Part shown: positions 6,500 to 15,794 of the stretch, piece by piece
How the letters are laid out: every line of letters starts with the position of its first letter
Numbering within the stretch: position 1 is the stretch's first letter
The notes under the pieces: model-generated
The model's database searches: none
What the model was told of the DNA's origin: nothing
The model's input: only the letters and a program-made list of their open reading frames with translations
Made by a program: the position numbers and the translations under genes
NCBI GenBank assembly: GCA_035707585.1
Contig: DASSTY010000343.1
Coordinates: 1 to 27,389 of the forward strand
Reading direction: 5' to 3'
Origin: Gemmatimonadales bacterium
GTDB lineage: Bacteria > Gemmatimonadota > Gemmatimonadetes > Gemmatimonadales > GWC2-71-9
Length of the DNA: 27,389 nt

Positions 6500-8854
6500 T
6501 CAGGGCTGGATCACCACACTCCGCTGACGGGTGATGGTCCGGTCGGAGCCGATTTCGTCGATGGTGACCATCAGCTCGTACCGCCCCGGCTTGAGCCGGC
6601 TCAGATCGAGGCTCCGCTGGAAGCCCTCGTCGCGGGCGGCGGCGGTTTCGGTAAAGACCAGCTTCAGCCCGCGATGTTCATCCTTGTCCTTTTCCCGGCG
6701 GAGTCCCACCGTGGTTCGATACTGGCCGCCGGGGTTGAGACCACCGAGCTCGTAGTAAAGCTGCAGTTCGCCGCCGGGGCGGAAGACGTTGAGTGGATTG
6801 AGCGGAACGCTGCCGCCGCGCCCGTTGGGCCAGGTGAGCCCCGATCCGCGGCGCCCCAGCACCAGGTCGCTGAGTGCGAGCGCGCCAGCGGCGGGAGCGA
6901 AGGCGATCTCGGGCCGCTCCAGTGAGGCGCCCCGCGCGCCCTGGAACAGCGCCGCCCGCACCGTGTAACTCCCCGCCGGCACCGGCAGCTCCAGATAGCC
7001 GTCGAGCACCTGATCGCCGCGGAGGGTATCGGCGGCGACGAAGGTGCGAACGGTATCGAGTCGCCGGACGATGCCTTGTACCGTATCTACCGCCGTGATT
7101 CTGAAATCGATCTGATACGCCACGCCCGGAGCGCCGTCGGTTCGCGCTGAGGGTTTCAGGTCGGCGCCGCGTACCGCGAACTCCAGGAGGAGCCGGCTGT
7201 CGCCCCGCTCCGGACGGCCCACCGCGAAGGTTTGCACCATGGTAGGCACGACATGCTCAAACATCAGCGTGTAGCTGTCGGTCTGGACCGCGGTGGTGAG
7301 ATCGGCGGTACGCTGGCGCCGGAGCTGCCGCAGGGGAGGAATGCAGCTCAATGGAACCGCGCTGGCCATGAACGAGACCTGATGGGCCAGAAGGAAATGG
7401 GCCACCTTGTTGTAACGGCTGTCGATCTGGGCCAGCGCCCGAAGCGCTGAGTAACTGGCGATCGGCTCCGCGATGATGGTGGTCGGCCCGTCGCTCCCCA
7501 GCATCTGACTCCCCCGGAGCTGGAAGACCCGGGTCTCGCCGGCAAACCAGTAGATCCAGAACTCCAGCGCGCGGGAATCATCGCCCGGGAGCGGATCTCG
7601 CTGGAACGCGGCGGTGATCTGATCGGTGAAGGTTGCCGGCGCCGTGGGCAGCACGGAGAGCGAATCGCCCGGCGCCAGCGAGCGAATCCTCTTCGCCGGT
7701 TCGCCGTGGCGCATGTAGAGAATGGCGCGCTGGTCGAGAAGCTGCTCCCGCGACCGCAGGTCGTCGGTGAGACTGGGATCGTCGAAGTAGGACTGTTTCA
7801 GAGCGTCCGGCTTCGACTCGGTGCATGGCAGCGGAGTGACCCATGTAAACCGCTCGATCTTCCGATGCCGCTCGGGCTGGAATACCCGGAAATGGGCAAA
7901 GACGTAATTCCAGCGGCGGAGGTGCTCCGGAAGCGAGGCGCCGGCGGGTCGAATTGCCTCGGCGTCGCGGAGCGCCCAGAAGCGGCGGGCCCAGCCGGCC
8001 AGCGAATCGGCTGGAAGACTATCGAACTGCGCCAGCTCCCGCGGTGTTGCGATCCAGGCAAAGTCGGACCGGTACATGGCTCGGGCGCTGTCGCTCGGCG
8101 AAGTGAGCCCCGCGCGATAGGCGACTACCGCTTCACTGTCGCGATCGAGCGCGCGGAACTCACGGGCCAATTCCAGTGCGGCGATGCCGGGGTCGCCGCC
8201 GCCGTCGCGGTAGCGGTTGAACCAGATGAGAGCGGAATCGGGCTGCCCGGCCTCCCGAGCGGCGCGTCCGAGAATGAGGGCGACCCGCGGATCGGCTCCG
8301 GGCTGCTGTGCAACGATTCGCAGGAGATCAATGAATTCCTCCGGCTGCTCCCGGTTGCCTTCGGCGGCCAGTGTGTTGATGAGAAAAGCGACCGCTGGGG
8401 GAAAGAGCGAATCGTTCTGAAATGCGTGGAGCAGGTCGCGTTCGAACCCGGCGTAGTATGACATGCCGAGCGGCTGGTGGGGCGCCGGCTTGGCGATAAA
8501 GTCGCGCCGGGTCATCGCCGCTTTGGTAGTGGCCATGGCATACCAGACCCATGGCCAGTCGTCATGGCTGAACGCCGCTTCGCTCAGGTGCATGAGCGCG
8601 TCGTCGAAGCGTCCGCGATCATCGCTGAGCTCGCCCCGGCGCAGCTCGATCAGCCCGCGCCGGAGCTCGGTCATCGCCTTGCCGCGGTCGGGGGTCCAAT
8701 CCATCGAGAAGGCCGAGGCGTCGTCGGTGGATTGCAGGGCCGCAAGTGAATCGGCCAGGTGCCGGAGCGCCGCACGATCGGCGGCCGACTGAGCTGCCAG
8801 CGGCGCGGCGCCGATCCCGAAGAGCAGCATGGCCGCTGCCAGACGAAGCGTCAT
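6500..8854 (-). CDS. Exported TPR-like / GWxTD-like domain protein, paralogue 1 (784 aa)
   Basis: Signal peptide (…PLAAQ), helical N-terminus, FWALRD...EHLRRWNY..AHF and DQRAILYMRHGEP (the GWxTD-family core without the GW residues), beta-rich C-terminus. Confidence 0.7.
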   Translation of the reverse strand: MTLRLAAAMLLFGIGAAPLAAQSAADRAALRHLADSLAALQSTDDASAFSMDWTPDRGKAMTELRRGLIELRRGELSDDRGRFDDALMHLSEAAFSHDDWPWVWYAMATTKAAMTRRDFIAKPAPHQPLGMSYYAGFERDLLHAFQNDSLFPPAVAFLINTLAAEGNREQPEEFIDLLRIVAQQPGADPRVALILGRAAREAGQPDSALIWFNRYRDGGGDPGIAALELAREFRALDRDSEAVVAYRAGLTSPSDSARAMYRSDFAWIATPRELAQFDSLPADSLAGWARRFWALRDAEAIRPAGASLPEHLRRWNYVFAHFRVFQPERHRKIERFTWVTPLPCTESKPDALKQSYFDDPSLTDDLRSREQLLDQRAILYMRHGEPAKRIRSLAPGDSLSVLPTAPATFTDQITAAFQRDPLPGDDSRALEFWIYWFAGETRVFQLRGSQMLGSDGPTTIIAEPIASYSALRALAQIDSRYNKVAHFLLAHQVSFMASAVPLSCIPPLRQLRRQRTADLTTAVQTDSYTLMFEHVVPTMVQTFAVGRPERGDSRLLLEFAVRGADLKPSARTDGAPGVAYQIDFRITAVDTVQGIVRRLDTVRTFVAADTLRGDQVLDGYLELPVPAGSYTVRAALFQGARGASLERPEIAFAPAAGALALSDLVLGRRGSGLTWPNGRGGSVPLNPLNVFRPGGELQLYYELGGLNPGGQYRTTVGLRREKDKDEHRGLKLVFTETAAARDEGFQRSLDLSRLKPGRYELMVTIDEIGSDRTITRQRSVVIQP
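8502..8698. repeat. 197-bp near-identical direct repeat, copy 1 (copy 2 at 10928-11124)
   Basis: Manual alignment gives 8 mismatches in 197 bp and an identical peptide WTPDRGKAM...AAMTRR. Confidence 0.9.
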
Positions 8855-11277
8855 TGCTTACTCACCACAACAGCGCGCTCGCGGGTTGCCGTGCGATCCG
8901 AACCGCTCTCAGCCACCGTGACCACCAGCCGATACCGCCCCGGCCTGAGCTGCCGCAGATCGAGACTTCTCCTGAAATGCTGCCGCTCGGCGGTGGCCCG
9001 CTCGCTGAACACCAGCTTGAGGCCGCGGCGCTCATCCTTGTCTTCTTCACGGCGGAGGCCGACCGTCGTTCGGTACTCCGTACCCGGGTGCAGGCCTGCC
9101 AGCTCGTAGTACAGCTGCAGTTCGCTGCCCGGCGGGAAGTCGTCGAGCGGATTGAGCGGGACCGGCGCACCTTCACCGCTGTTCCACACCAGCCCCGATC
9201 CACGGCGGCCCAGCACCAGGTCGCTCAGCGCAAGCGCACCGGCGGCTGGTGTGAAGGCCATCGCGGGGCGTTCGACCGACACGCCGCGGTCCGACTGGAA
9301 AATCGCCGCGCGCACCACATAGTGGCCGGCAGGCACCGGGAGCTCGAGGTAGCCGTTCAGTGTGGTTCCCGCACCGAGCGTGTCGCGCGTGAGATAGGTG
9401 CGAGTAGTGTCGAGCCGCCGTACGATCCCCTGCACGGTGTCTACCGCGGTAATCCGGAACTGGAGCTGGTAGGCCACTCTGCCGGCTGCCGCCGCCGACG
9501 GTCGCAGGGAATCACCGGCGACGGCGAATTCCACCAGCAACCGGCTGTCGCCCTGCTCGGGGCGGCCCACCGCGAAGGTTTGCACGATGGCTGGCGCCAG
9601 ATGATCGAACAGGAGGGTATAACTGTCGGTCTGAATCGAAACCGCGAGATCCTGCTGCCGGTCGCGGCGAATGGCACGCAGCGGCGGAGCGCACTGGAGC
9701 GGAACCGCCGAGCCGATGTTGGCTCCCTGGCTCAGGAGTACGCGGTGCGCCACCTTGATGTAGCGGGAGTCATATCGCGCGAGGGAGCGCAGTACCGAAT
9801 AGCTCTCCACCGGCTCCGCGGAGATGGTTGTAGGCGCCTGGCAGCCCAGCGCCTGGTTGGGGCCGAACTGATAGATCCGGGTCCGGCCCGCAAACCAGTA
9901 GATCCAGTACTCCAGCGGGGTGATGCCGCCGCAATCGACTACCGAGCCGGGCGCCGGCTGGAATGCCTGGGTGACCTGTCTGGAGAGATCGTCGTCGCTG
10001 CCAGATGAGGCCGCTCCGGTTGCCACTGCGTCTTCGTCACTCGACGCCGCCGCAAGACTCCCGGTATCCGGCGGGAGAATGACCAGCGAATCGGTCGTTG
10101 CCAGGGTGCGGAACCGTACGTCGGGCTCGCCGTGGCGCATGTAGAGGATGGCGCGCTGATCGAGGAGCCGTTCCTTGCTGCGCAAATCATCGGTGCGGGC
10201 GGGGTCATTGTACTCAAAATCGTCGAAGTTGTTTTCGCCGGGATCGAGGCACGGGCCGATAGACGGCCAGGATACCCGGGCGAACTGGGTCTTCCGCTCG
10301 GGGTTTTCGACCCGGAAATGCGCAAAGACATAGTTCCATCGGCGAAGATGTTCCGGCAGACGAGCTCCTGATTCGCGCAGCGCTTCAGCATCGCGAAGAG
10401 TCCAGAATCGGTGGGCCCATCCCGTCAGCGAATCATTCGGGAGGCTGTCGAACTGCGCCAGTTCCCGCGGGCTCGCTATCCAGGCAAAATCGGCGCGATA
10501 CATCGCGCGCCCCCGCTCGGTCGGACTAGCCAGCCCTGCCCAGTACTCGGCGACCGCCTGCTCGGTACGATCGACCGCGCGGAGGGCGCGCGCCAGTTCC
10601 AGCGCGGCGACACCGGGATCGCCGCCGGCGGCCTGATATCGGCGGAAGAGGGCGAGCGCGGAGTCGGGTTCGTTCGCGGTGCGCGCGGCGCGAGCAAGGA
10701 TGAGCAGGACACGGGGATCCGCCGCGGAATCGCCGGCGACCAGTCGCAGCGGTGCCAGCAGCTCATCGGGTTGCTCGCGCTGCCCCTCTTCGGTGAGCGC
10801 GGTCACCAGAAAATCGATCGCGGGTTGGAATCGTGAGTCGAGTTTCAGCGCGCGCGCCATGGCACGCTCGAACCCGGCATAGTACGACATCCCCAGCGGC
10901 TGGTGCGCATTGGGCTTGGGAACGAACTCGCGCCGGGTCATCGCCGCCTTGGTAGTGGCCATGGCATACCAGACCCACGGCCAGTCGTCATGGCTGAACG
11001 CCGCTTCGCTCAGATGCATCAACGCGTCGTCGAACCGCCCGCGATCATCGCTGAGTTCGCCCCGGCGCAGCTCGATCAGCCCGCGCCGGAGCTCGGTCAT
11101 CGCCTTGCCGCGGTCGGGGGTCCACTCGTCGGCCAACGACTGGAGCAGTTGCTCATCAGCGTGCTTCAATGAATCCTGCAGCGCGCTCAGGGCGGCGCGA
11201 TCGGCCGGCGACTGCGCGGCGAGCGGAGCGGCGATGCAGCACGCCGCAACGATCCAGGCCGCCGCGCGCATCATCAC
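8851..11277 (-). CDS. Exported TPR-like / GWxTD-like domain protein, paralogue 2 (~808 aa)
   Basis: Same architecture and motifs as 6500-8854 (FWTLRD, EHLRRWNYVFAHF, LLDQRAILYMRHGEP). Start is GTG 11277 or ATG 11274/11271, overlapping the upstream stop. Confidence 0.7.
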   Translation of the reverse strand: MMMRAAAWIVAACCIAAPLAAQSPADRAALSALQDSLKHADEQLLQSLADEWTPDRGKAMTELRRGLIELRRGELSDDRGRFDDALMHLSEAAFSHDDWPWVWYAMATTKAAMTRREFVPKPNAHQPLGMSYYAGFERAMARALKLDSRFQPAIDFLVTALTEEGQREQPDELLAPLRLVAGDSAADPRVLLILARAARTANEPDSALALFRRYQAAGGDPGVAALELARALRAVDRTEQAVAEYWAGLASPTERGRAMYRADFAWIASPRELAQFDSLPNDSLTGWAHRFWTLRDAEALRESGARLPEHLRRWNYVFAHFRVENPERKTQFARVSWPSIGPCLDPGENNFDDFEYNDPARTDDLRSKERLLDQRAILYMRHGEPDVRFRTLATTDSLVILPPDTGSLAAASSDEDAVATGAASSGSDDDLSRQVTQAFQPAPGSVVDCGGITPLEYWIYWFAGRTRIYQFGPNQALGCQAPTTISAEPVESYSVLRSLARYDSRYIKVAHRVLLSQGANIGSAVPLQCAPPLRAIRRDRQQDLAVSIQTDSYTLLFDHLAPAIVQTFAVGRPEQGDSRLLVEFAVAGDSLRPSAAAAGRVAYQLQFRITAVDTVQGIVRRLDTTRTYLTRDTLGAGTTLNGYLELPVPAGHYVVRAAIFQSDRGVSVERPAMAFTPAAGALALSDLVLGRRGSGLVWNSGEGAPVPLNPLDDFPPGSELQLYYELAGLHPGTEYRTTVGLRREEDKDERRGLKLVFSERATAERQHFRRSLDLRQLRPGRYRLVVTVAESGSDRTATRERAVVVSKQ
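10928..11124. repeat. 197-bp near-identical direct repeat, copy 2
   Basis: See 8502-8698. Confidence 0.9.
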
Positions 11278-12158
11278 AACCCCAGCTCCATCGGCGCCGG
11301 GGGATTCTGGCTGTAATCATAGAATCCCTTGCTGCTCTTTCGCCCCAGGTAGCCGGCCAGCACCATCCGGCGGAGGAGTGGCGGCGGAGCGTAGCGCGCT
11401 TCCCGATATTCATCGAACATGATGTCACCGATCCGAACCGCGGTATCCAGTCCCACGAAATCGAGCAGCGTCAGCGGTCCCATCGGATGGCCGCAGCCGA
11501 GCCGCATGGCGGTGTCGATATCGGCAATTCCCGCCACTCCGTGCTCCAGCGCGCGCACCGCATCCAGCATGTATGGCACCAGCAGCAGGTTGACGATGAA
11601 TCCCGAACTGTCGCGCGCCGCCACCGCTTCCTTGCCAAGACTCCGCGCAAACGCCATTGCCTGATCGAAGGTGTCGGCGCTGGTGGTGACCGTCCGCACG
11701 ACCTCCACCAGCGGCATCAGCGGCACCGGATTGAAGAAATGCATTCCGACGAACCGGTCCGCCCGATTGGTAACGGCGGCCATGGCGCTGATGGTGAGAC
11801 TGGAGGTATTGGAGGCGAAAATTGTCTGCGGTGGGCAGCGCTGATCGAGCTCGCGCCAGAGCTGGTTCTTCAGCTCGAGGTCTTCGGTAATCGCTTCAAT
11901 GACAAGATCGCAGCCGGCCAGCTCGGCGAGGTCGGTGGTAAAATGAAGCCGCTCGAGTGCGGCGGTCCGATCGGCCGCGGTGAGCTTCGCTTTCTCCACC
12001 AGTTTGGCCAATGACTTCTCGATCGCTGCGCGGCCACGATCGAGCGGCGCCTGGGTTGGTTCCCGCGCGATGGTCTGATACCCGGCGGCGGCAACGGCCT
12101 GGGCGATGCCGCTGCCCATGAGTCCGGTGCCCAGCACACCAACCTTGCTAATCGTCAT
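11274..12158 (-). CDS. hbd: 3-hydroxybutyryl-CoA (3-hydroxyacyl-CoA) dehydrogenase
   Basis: GTGLMGSGIA Rossmann motif, EAITE, FASNTSSL, GMHFFNP, GHPMGPLTLLDFVGLD, LGRKS.KGFY; GGAG RBS upstream. Confidence 0.93.
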   Translation of the reverse strand: MTISKVGVLGTGLMGSGIAQAVAAAGYQTIAREPTQAPLDRGRAAIEKSLAKLVEKAKLTAADRTAALERLHFTTDLAELAGCDLVIEAITEDLELKNQLWRELDQRCPPQTIFASNTSSLTISAMAAVTNRADRFVGMHFFNPVPLMPLVEVVRTVTTSADTFDQAMAFARSLGKEAVAARDSSGFIVNLLLVPYMLDAVRALEHGVAGIADIDTAMRLGCGHPMGPLTLLDFVGLDTAVRIGDIMFDEYREARYAPPPLLRRMVLAGYLGRKSSKGFYDYSQNPPAPMELGL

Positions 12159-12200
12159 GACGACTCCGGGAGTGGCACCCGGTCTGGCGGGAGAGAGGTG

Positions 12201-13064
12201 TCAGCGCATTGGCGGGCCGAACCCGCGCCGTACCTCGTCCAGAATGGTGCCGATCAATCCGCCCTTGGGCGGGAGCTGCCGATTGGCGGAGCGGGGTGGA
12301 AGTTCGTGATTGGTTCCGGGGTCGGCCTGTTCGGCGTGGTCCAGTGCACGTTCCAGGCCGAGCTGAATCCGTTCCAGCCGCGGGGAATACTGGCGGGCAA
12401 CTCCGTATGCCACGATGGCGGCGATGGGAATCGGAGCCAGCGCCACGGCGGTAAAGGCGCCGAGCGCCAGGAGCACGCCCGTGGCGGCGATGCCGGTGCC
12501 CGCCGCCGCCGCGCTGCCGCCGATGTAGGCACCGCGGTACTTCCGCACGTCGGCTTCGAGCATCACATGGGTGTAGCCGTCTTCCAGCGGCGTCAGGGTG
12601 GCCGTTACGGTGGTCACTTTGGAGAGCAGGAACGGCATGCGAGTGCCGCCGAATGCGGCCGATGAGCGGCGCACCGCGGCCTGAAAGCCGGTCAGCGGCT
12701 CCCAGGAGATCCGATTGGGCTGCCGCCGCTGGACGCAGAGCAGCTCCTGGCGATCGAGATACTGCACCAGAAAGTCACCCACCGATTCCGGCGTTCCCGT
12801 CACCACCCGCTGCGCGGTGAGCCGCCCGGCACCGAAGGCGTTGTCCCAGATGCCGGAAGGCACCGTGGTGATCCGGCTCCGCTCTTCGTACAGCGCCTGC
12901 TGGAGGTATCGCGCCGGAATCCCGACTTCCTTGCCGAGCGCCAGCACCTCATCGCCGGTGAGCCCCTCGCCGATTTCGCGCTCGGAGGTCTGCAGTTCGG
13001 TGGCGCGCTTGATGATCCGCTCCAGCGCCGCCCGGTCGATCCGATCGGGAAGATTCTCCGCCAT
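12201..13064 (-). CDS. Hypothetical membrane protein (N-terminal helical domain, two C-terminal hydrophobic segments)
   Basis: Starts MAENLPDRIDRAALERIIKRATELQ one nt after the slipin stop; hydrophobic stretch near the C-terminus; no family recognised. Confidence 0.7.
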   Translation of the reverse strand: MAENLPDRIDRAALERIIKRATELQTSEREIGEGLTGDEVLALGKEVGIPARYLQQALYEERSRITTVPSGIWDNAFGAGRLTAQRVVTGTPESVGDFLVQYLDRQELLCVQRRQPNRISWEPLTGFQAAVRRSSAAFGGTRMPFLLSKVTTVTATLTPLEDGYTHVMLEADVRKYRGAYIGGSAAAAGTGIAATGVLLALGAFTAVALAPIPIAAIVAYGVARQYSPRLERIQLGLERALDHAEQADPGTNHELPPRSANRQLPPKGGLIGTILDEVRRGFGPPMR

Positions 13065-13065
13065 G

Positions 13066-13902
13066 CTACTCCGTCTTCTTCCCCGGTTCGGCCGGGGCCG
13101 TGGCGGGCTGATCGAACTTGATCTGCGGCAGCCCTGGCGAGGGGAGCGCACCCTGCTGTGATGGACTGGCCTCGTGGATGAACGGCTTGATCAGGTCGAT
13201 CGGGATCGGGAACAGCGTAGTGGAGTTGTTCTCGGCCGCGATCTCGGTGACCGTCTGGAGGTACCGGAGCTGCATGGCACTGGGCTCCAGCGCCAGCGTG
13301 CGGGCCGCCTGCGCCAGCGTCTCCGATGCCTGCAGCTCGCCCTGTGCCGCGATCACCTTGGCGCGCCGCTCCCGCTCGGCTTCGGCCTGGCGGGCCATGG
13401 CGCGCTTCATGTTTTCGGGGAGATCGACGTCTTTCACCTCGACGGCGGAGACTTCGATGCCCCACTCTTCAGTTCGCTCGTCGATGATCTTCTTGAGCAC
13501 CGCGTTGATCTTTTCGCGGTCGCTCAGCAGCTCATCGAGTTCGACTTCGCCCAGCACCGAACGCAGGGTGGTCTGCGAGAGCTGGCTGGTGGCGTAGAGA
13601 TAGTCTTCGATTTCGATGATCGCCTTGGCGGGATCGGCCACCCGCATGTAGAGCACCGCGTTGACCTTGACCGAGACGTTGTCGCGAGTAATCACGTCCT
13701 GTGGCGGGATGTCGAGCGCCACGATCCGAAGTGACACCCTCCGGATGGCGGCAAACCCGGCCGGCAGGAAGATGACTCCCGGCCCCTTGGTGGCGGTGTA
13801 CTTGCCCAGGAAGAACACCACGCCGCGCTCGTACTGCCGCATGATCCGCAGGCTCATGAAGATGTAGGCCACTACGATGATTAGTCCGACCATCAGACTC
13901 AT
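13066..13902 (-). CDS. SPFH/band-7 slipin (stomatin-like) protein
   Basis: [63 protein letters not shown] and ALQ-like QLRYLQT motifs; GAGGAG RBS. Confidence 0.95.
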   Translation of the reverse strand: MSLMVGLIIVVAYIFMSLRIMRQYERGVVFFLGKYTATKGPGVIFLPAGFAAIRRVSLRIVALDIPPQDVITRDNVSVKVNAVLYMRVADPAKAIIEIEDYLYATSQLSQTTLRSVLGEVELDELLSDREKINAVLKKIIDERTEEWGIEVSAVEVKDVDLPENMKRAMARQAEAERERRAKVIAAQGELQASETLAQAARTLALEPSAMQLRYLQTVTEIAAENNSTTLFPIPIDLIKPFIHEASPSQQGALPSPGLPQIKFDQPATAPAEPGKKTE

Positions 13903-13911
13903 GACCGCTCC

Positions 13912-15123
13912 TCAGGAAGGAAATGCTTCCACAATGACCGCCGATCCCTGACCGCCGCCGATGCAGGCGCTGCCCAGTCCGTACCGGCCGCCCCGCTGCC
14001 TGAGCGCATGCAGCAGATGGACGGTGATGCGGGCGCCGGTGGCACCCAGCGGATGCCCCAGCGCGATGGCGCCGCCATCTACGTTGGTGCGCGCGGGGTC
14101 GAGCCCCAGTTCCCGCTCTACTGCAAGATACTGGGCTGCGAAGGCTTCGTTCACCTCGATGAGATCCATCTGGTCCTGGGTGAGCCCGGTCCGCTCCAGC
14201 ACCCGCCGCACCGCCGGCACCGGCCCCCAGCCCATGATCTCGGGCGGCACGCCGGCCACCGCCCATCCGATCAGGCGTCCCAGCGGACGAAGCCCGCGCG
14301 CCGAGGCCCAGGCGCCATCGGCGATCACCACGGCGGCGGCGCCGTCGGCAATGCCGGAAGCGTTGCCGGCGGTAACGACGCCGTTGGCCTTGAAGTACGG
14401 CGGCAGCGCGGCCAGCCCTTCGGCGGTGCTGTCGGGACGCATATGCTCATCGGCCGCCCAGTCGCTGGTCTGTCTGGTCTTTCGATTCCTGACCTTGACC
14501 GGCACGATCTCGTCGGCATAGCGCCCAGCGGTCCAGGCATCGCGGGCACGCTGCTGGCTGCGGAGCGCCACCGCGTCTACATCCTGCCGGCTCAGTTCGT
14601 GGCGATTGGCCAGGTTCTCCGCCGTTTCTGCCATCGACAAGCCGCACTGTGAATCGCGGAGCGCTTCCCAGAGGGTGTCTTCCAATGGCGGCGGCGGCCC
14701 CAGCCGCAAACCCCAGCGCGCACCTCGAATCACATGGGGCGCCTGGCTCATCGACTCGGTGCCGCCGGCCAGAACGACGCGCGACTCCCCCAGCCGGATC
14801 TGCCGGGCGCCTTCGATGATCGCTTCGAAGCCGGAGCCACAGAGGCGATTCACGGTGACAGCCGGGGTCTCCACCGGCAGCCCCGCGCGCAGCGCCACAT
14901 GCCGCGCCAGATAGATCGCATCAGCCGAGGTCTGCAGCGCATTGCCGAAGACGACGTGATCGATCTCGGCCGGCTCAACGCCCGATCGCGCCAGCGCATG
15001 TTCCGCCGCGACGGCGCCGAGGTCGGTGGCGGAGTGGTCGCGCAGAGTACCGCCGAAGCTGCCGAACCCGGTGCGCACACCGGAGAGGAAAACGATATCG
15101 ATTGAGTCTGGTGAGCTGCTCAT
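13912..15123 (-). CDS. Acetyl-CoA C-acyltransferase (thiolase)
   Basis: TVNRLCGSG (catalytic Cys), GGTESMSQAP, NASGIADGAA, EVNEAFA, GHPLGATG and SACIGGGQG; ATG 15123 overlaps the upstream TGA. Confidence 0.95.
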   Translation of the reverse strand: MSSSPDSIDIVFLSGVRTGFGSFGGTLRDHSATDLGAVAAEHALARSGVEPAEIDHVVFGNALQTSADAIYLARHVALRAGLPVETPAVTVNRLCGSGFEAIIEGARQIRLGESRVVLAGGTESMSQAPHVIRGARWGLRLGPPPPLEDTLWEALRDSQCGLSMAETAENLANRHELSRQDVDAVALRSQQRARDAWTAGRYADEIVPVKVRNRKTRQTSDWAADEHMRPDSTAEGLAALPPYFKANGVVTAGNASGIADGAAAVVIADGAWASARGLRPLGRLIGWAVAGVPPEIMGWGPVPAVRRVLERTGLTQDQMDLIEVNEAFAAQYLAVERELGLDPARTNVDGGAIALGHPLGATGARITVHLLHALRQRGGRYGLGSACIGGGQGSAVIVEAFPS

Positions 15124-15794
15124 CGTGCTCCCAATCCATGGCCGCAGACAATACAGAACCGCCAGTCCGGATCGGCCGGTTCCCGGCACATCGGGCAGAA
15201 CAGTTCAGTGCGTCCCTGCCCGCAGCGGGGGCAGAAGTTGACGATCCGATCTTCGGGAAACTGGCAGCCGCAGGTTTCACAGCAGCCGGCCGGCTCGCCC
15301 GAGCCAACCGGGGCGGGCTCGATCTGCAGTTCCGTTACTGGCGTCGGCTCTGGTTCGGGCGCGATCTCTGGTTCGGGAGTGACCACTGGCTCGGGCGGTG
15401 GTGCTGCCGCTGCTCGCATCTCGGGCGGGGCATAGGCGAGGTCGGGCGGGGTAGTGAGCGCCAGCGCGACCGGTCCCGGCTGCAAGTGGAGCTCCGCGTC
15501 GGTATACACCCGTAAGATGGAAAGTTCCGGAATGCGGCTCGCCAGTTCGGCCTGGAACGCTTCGCTCGCTTCCAGCGGCTCGCTCCGGGCCAGGCCGTGT
15601 TCGCCGGCTGCGAGGCGCAGCAGCAGCATTTCGTAATCGTCCACCGTCGCGAGGTCGAGCGCGCGGCGGCAGGATCGATACGGCATGATCTTCGTCATCA
15701 CATCATTCAGCATCAGCGGCTGACGGAGCCGCGCCGCATCGGCGGGGCCAAGCCGCGATACCAGTTCCCGGAAAAAGCGTTCGAGATCCATCAT
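15120..15794 (-). CDS. Double zinc-ribbon domain protein
   Basis: Four C-terminal CxxC pairs (CETC, CPRC, CPMC, CIVC) after a Pro/Glu linker; ATG 15794 overlaps the rnhA stop as ATGA. Confidence 0.78.
   Translation of the reverse strand: MMDLERFFRELVSRLGPADAARLRQPLMLNDVMTKIMPYRSCRRALDLATVDDYEMLLLRLAAGEHGLARSEPLEASEAFQAELASRIPELSILRVYTDAELHLQPGPVALALTTPPDLAYAPPEMRAAAAPPPEPVVTPEPEIAPEPEPTPVTELQIEPAPVGSGEPAGCCETCGCQFPEDRIVNFCPRCGQGRTELFCPMCREPADPDWRFCIVCGHGLGAR

Noticed and set aside
11317-11322. TATGAT on the minus strand inside the 3' end of hbd as an internal promoter for the GWxTD-like pair
   Set aside because: No convincing -35, and it lies in coding sequence, so it cannot be distinguished from chance.
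11274-15123. Mevalonate-pathway link between thiolase and the squalene synthase
   Set aside because: No HMG-CoA synthase/reductase or mevalonate kinases in the window; thiolase plus hbd fit ordinary acyl-CoA metabolism.
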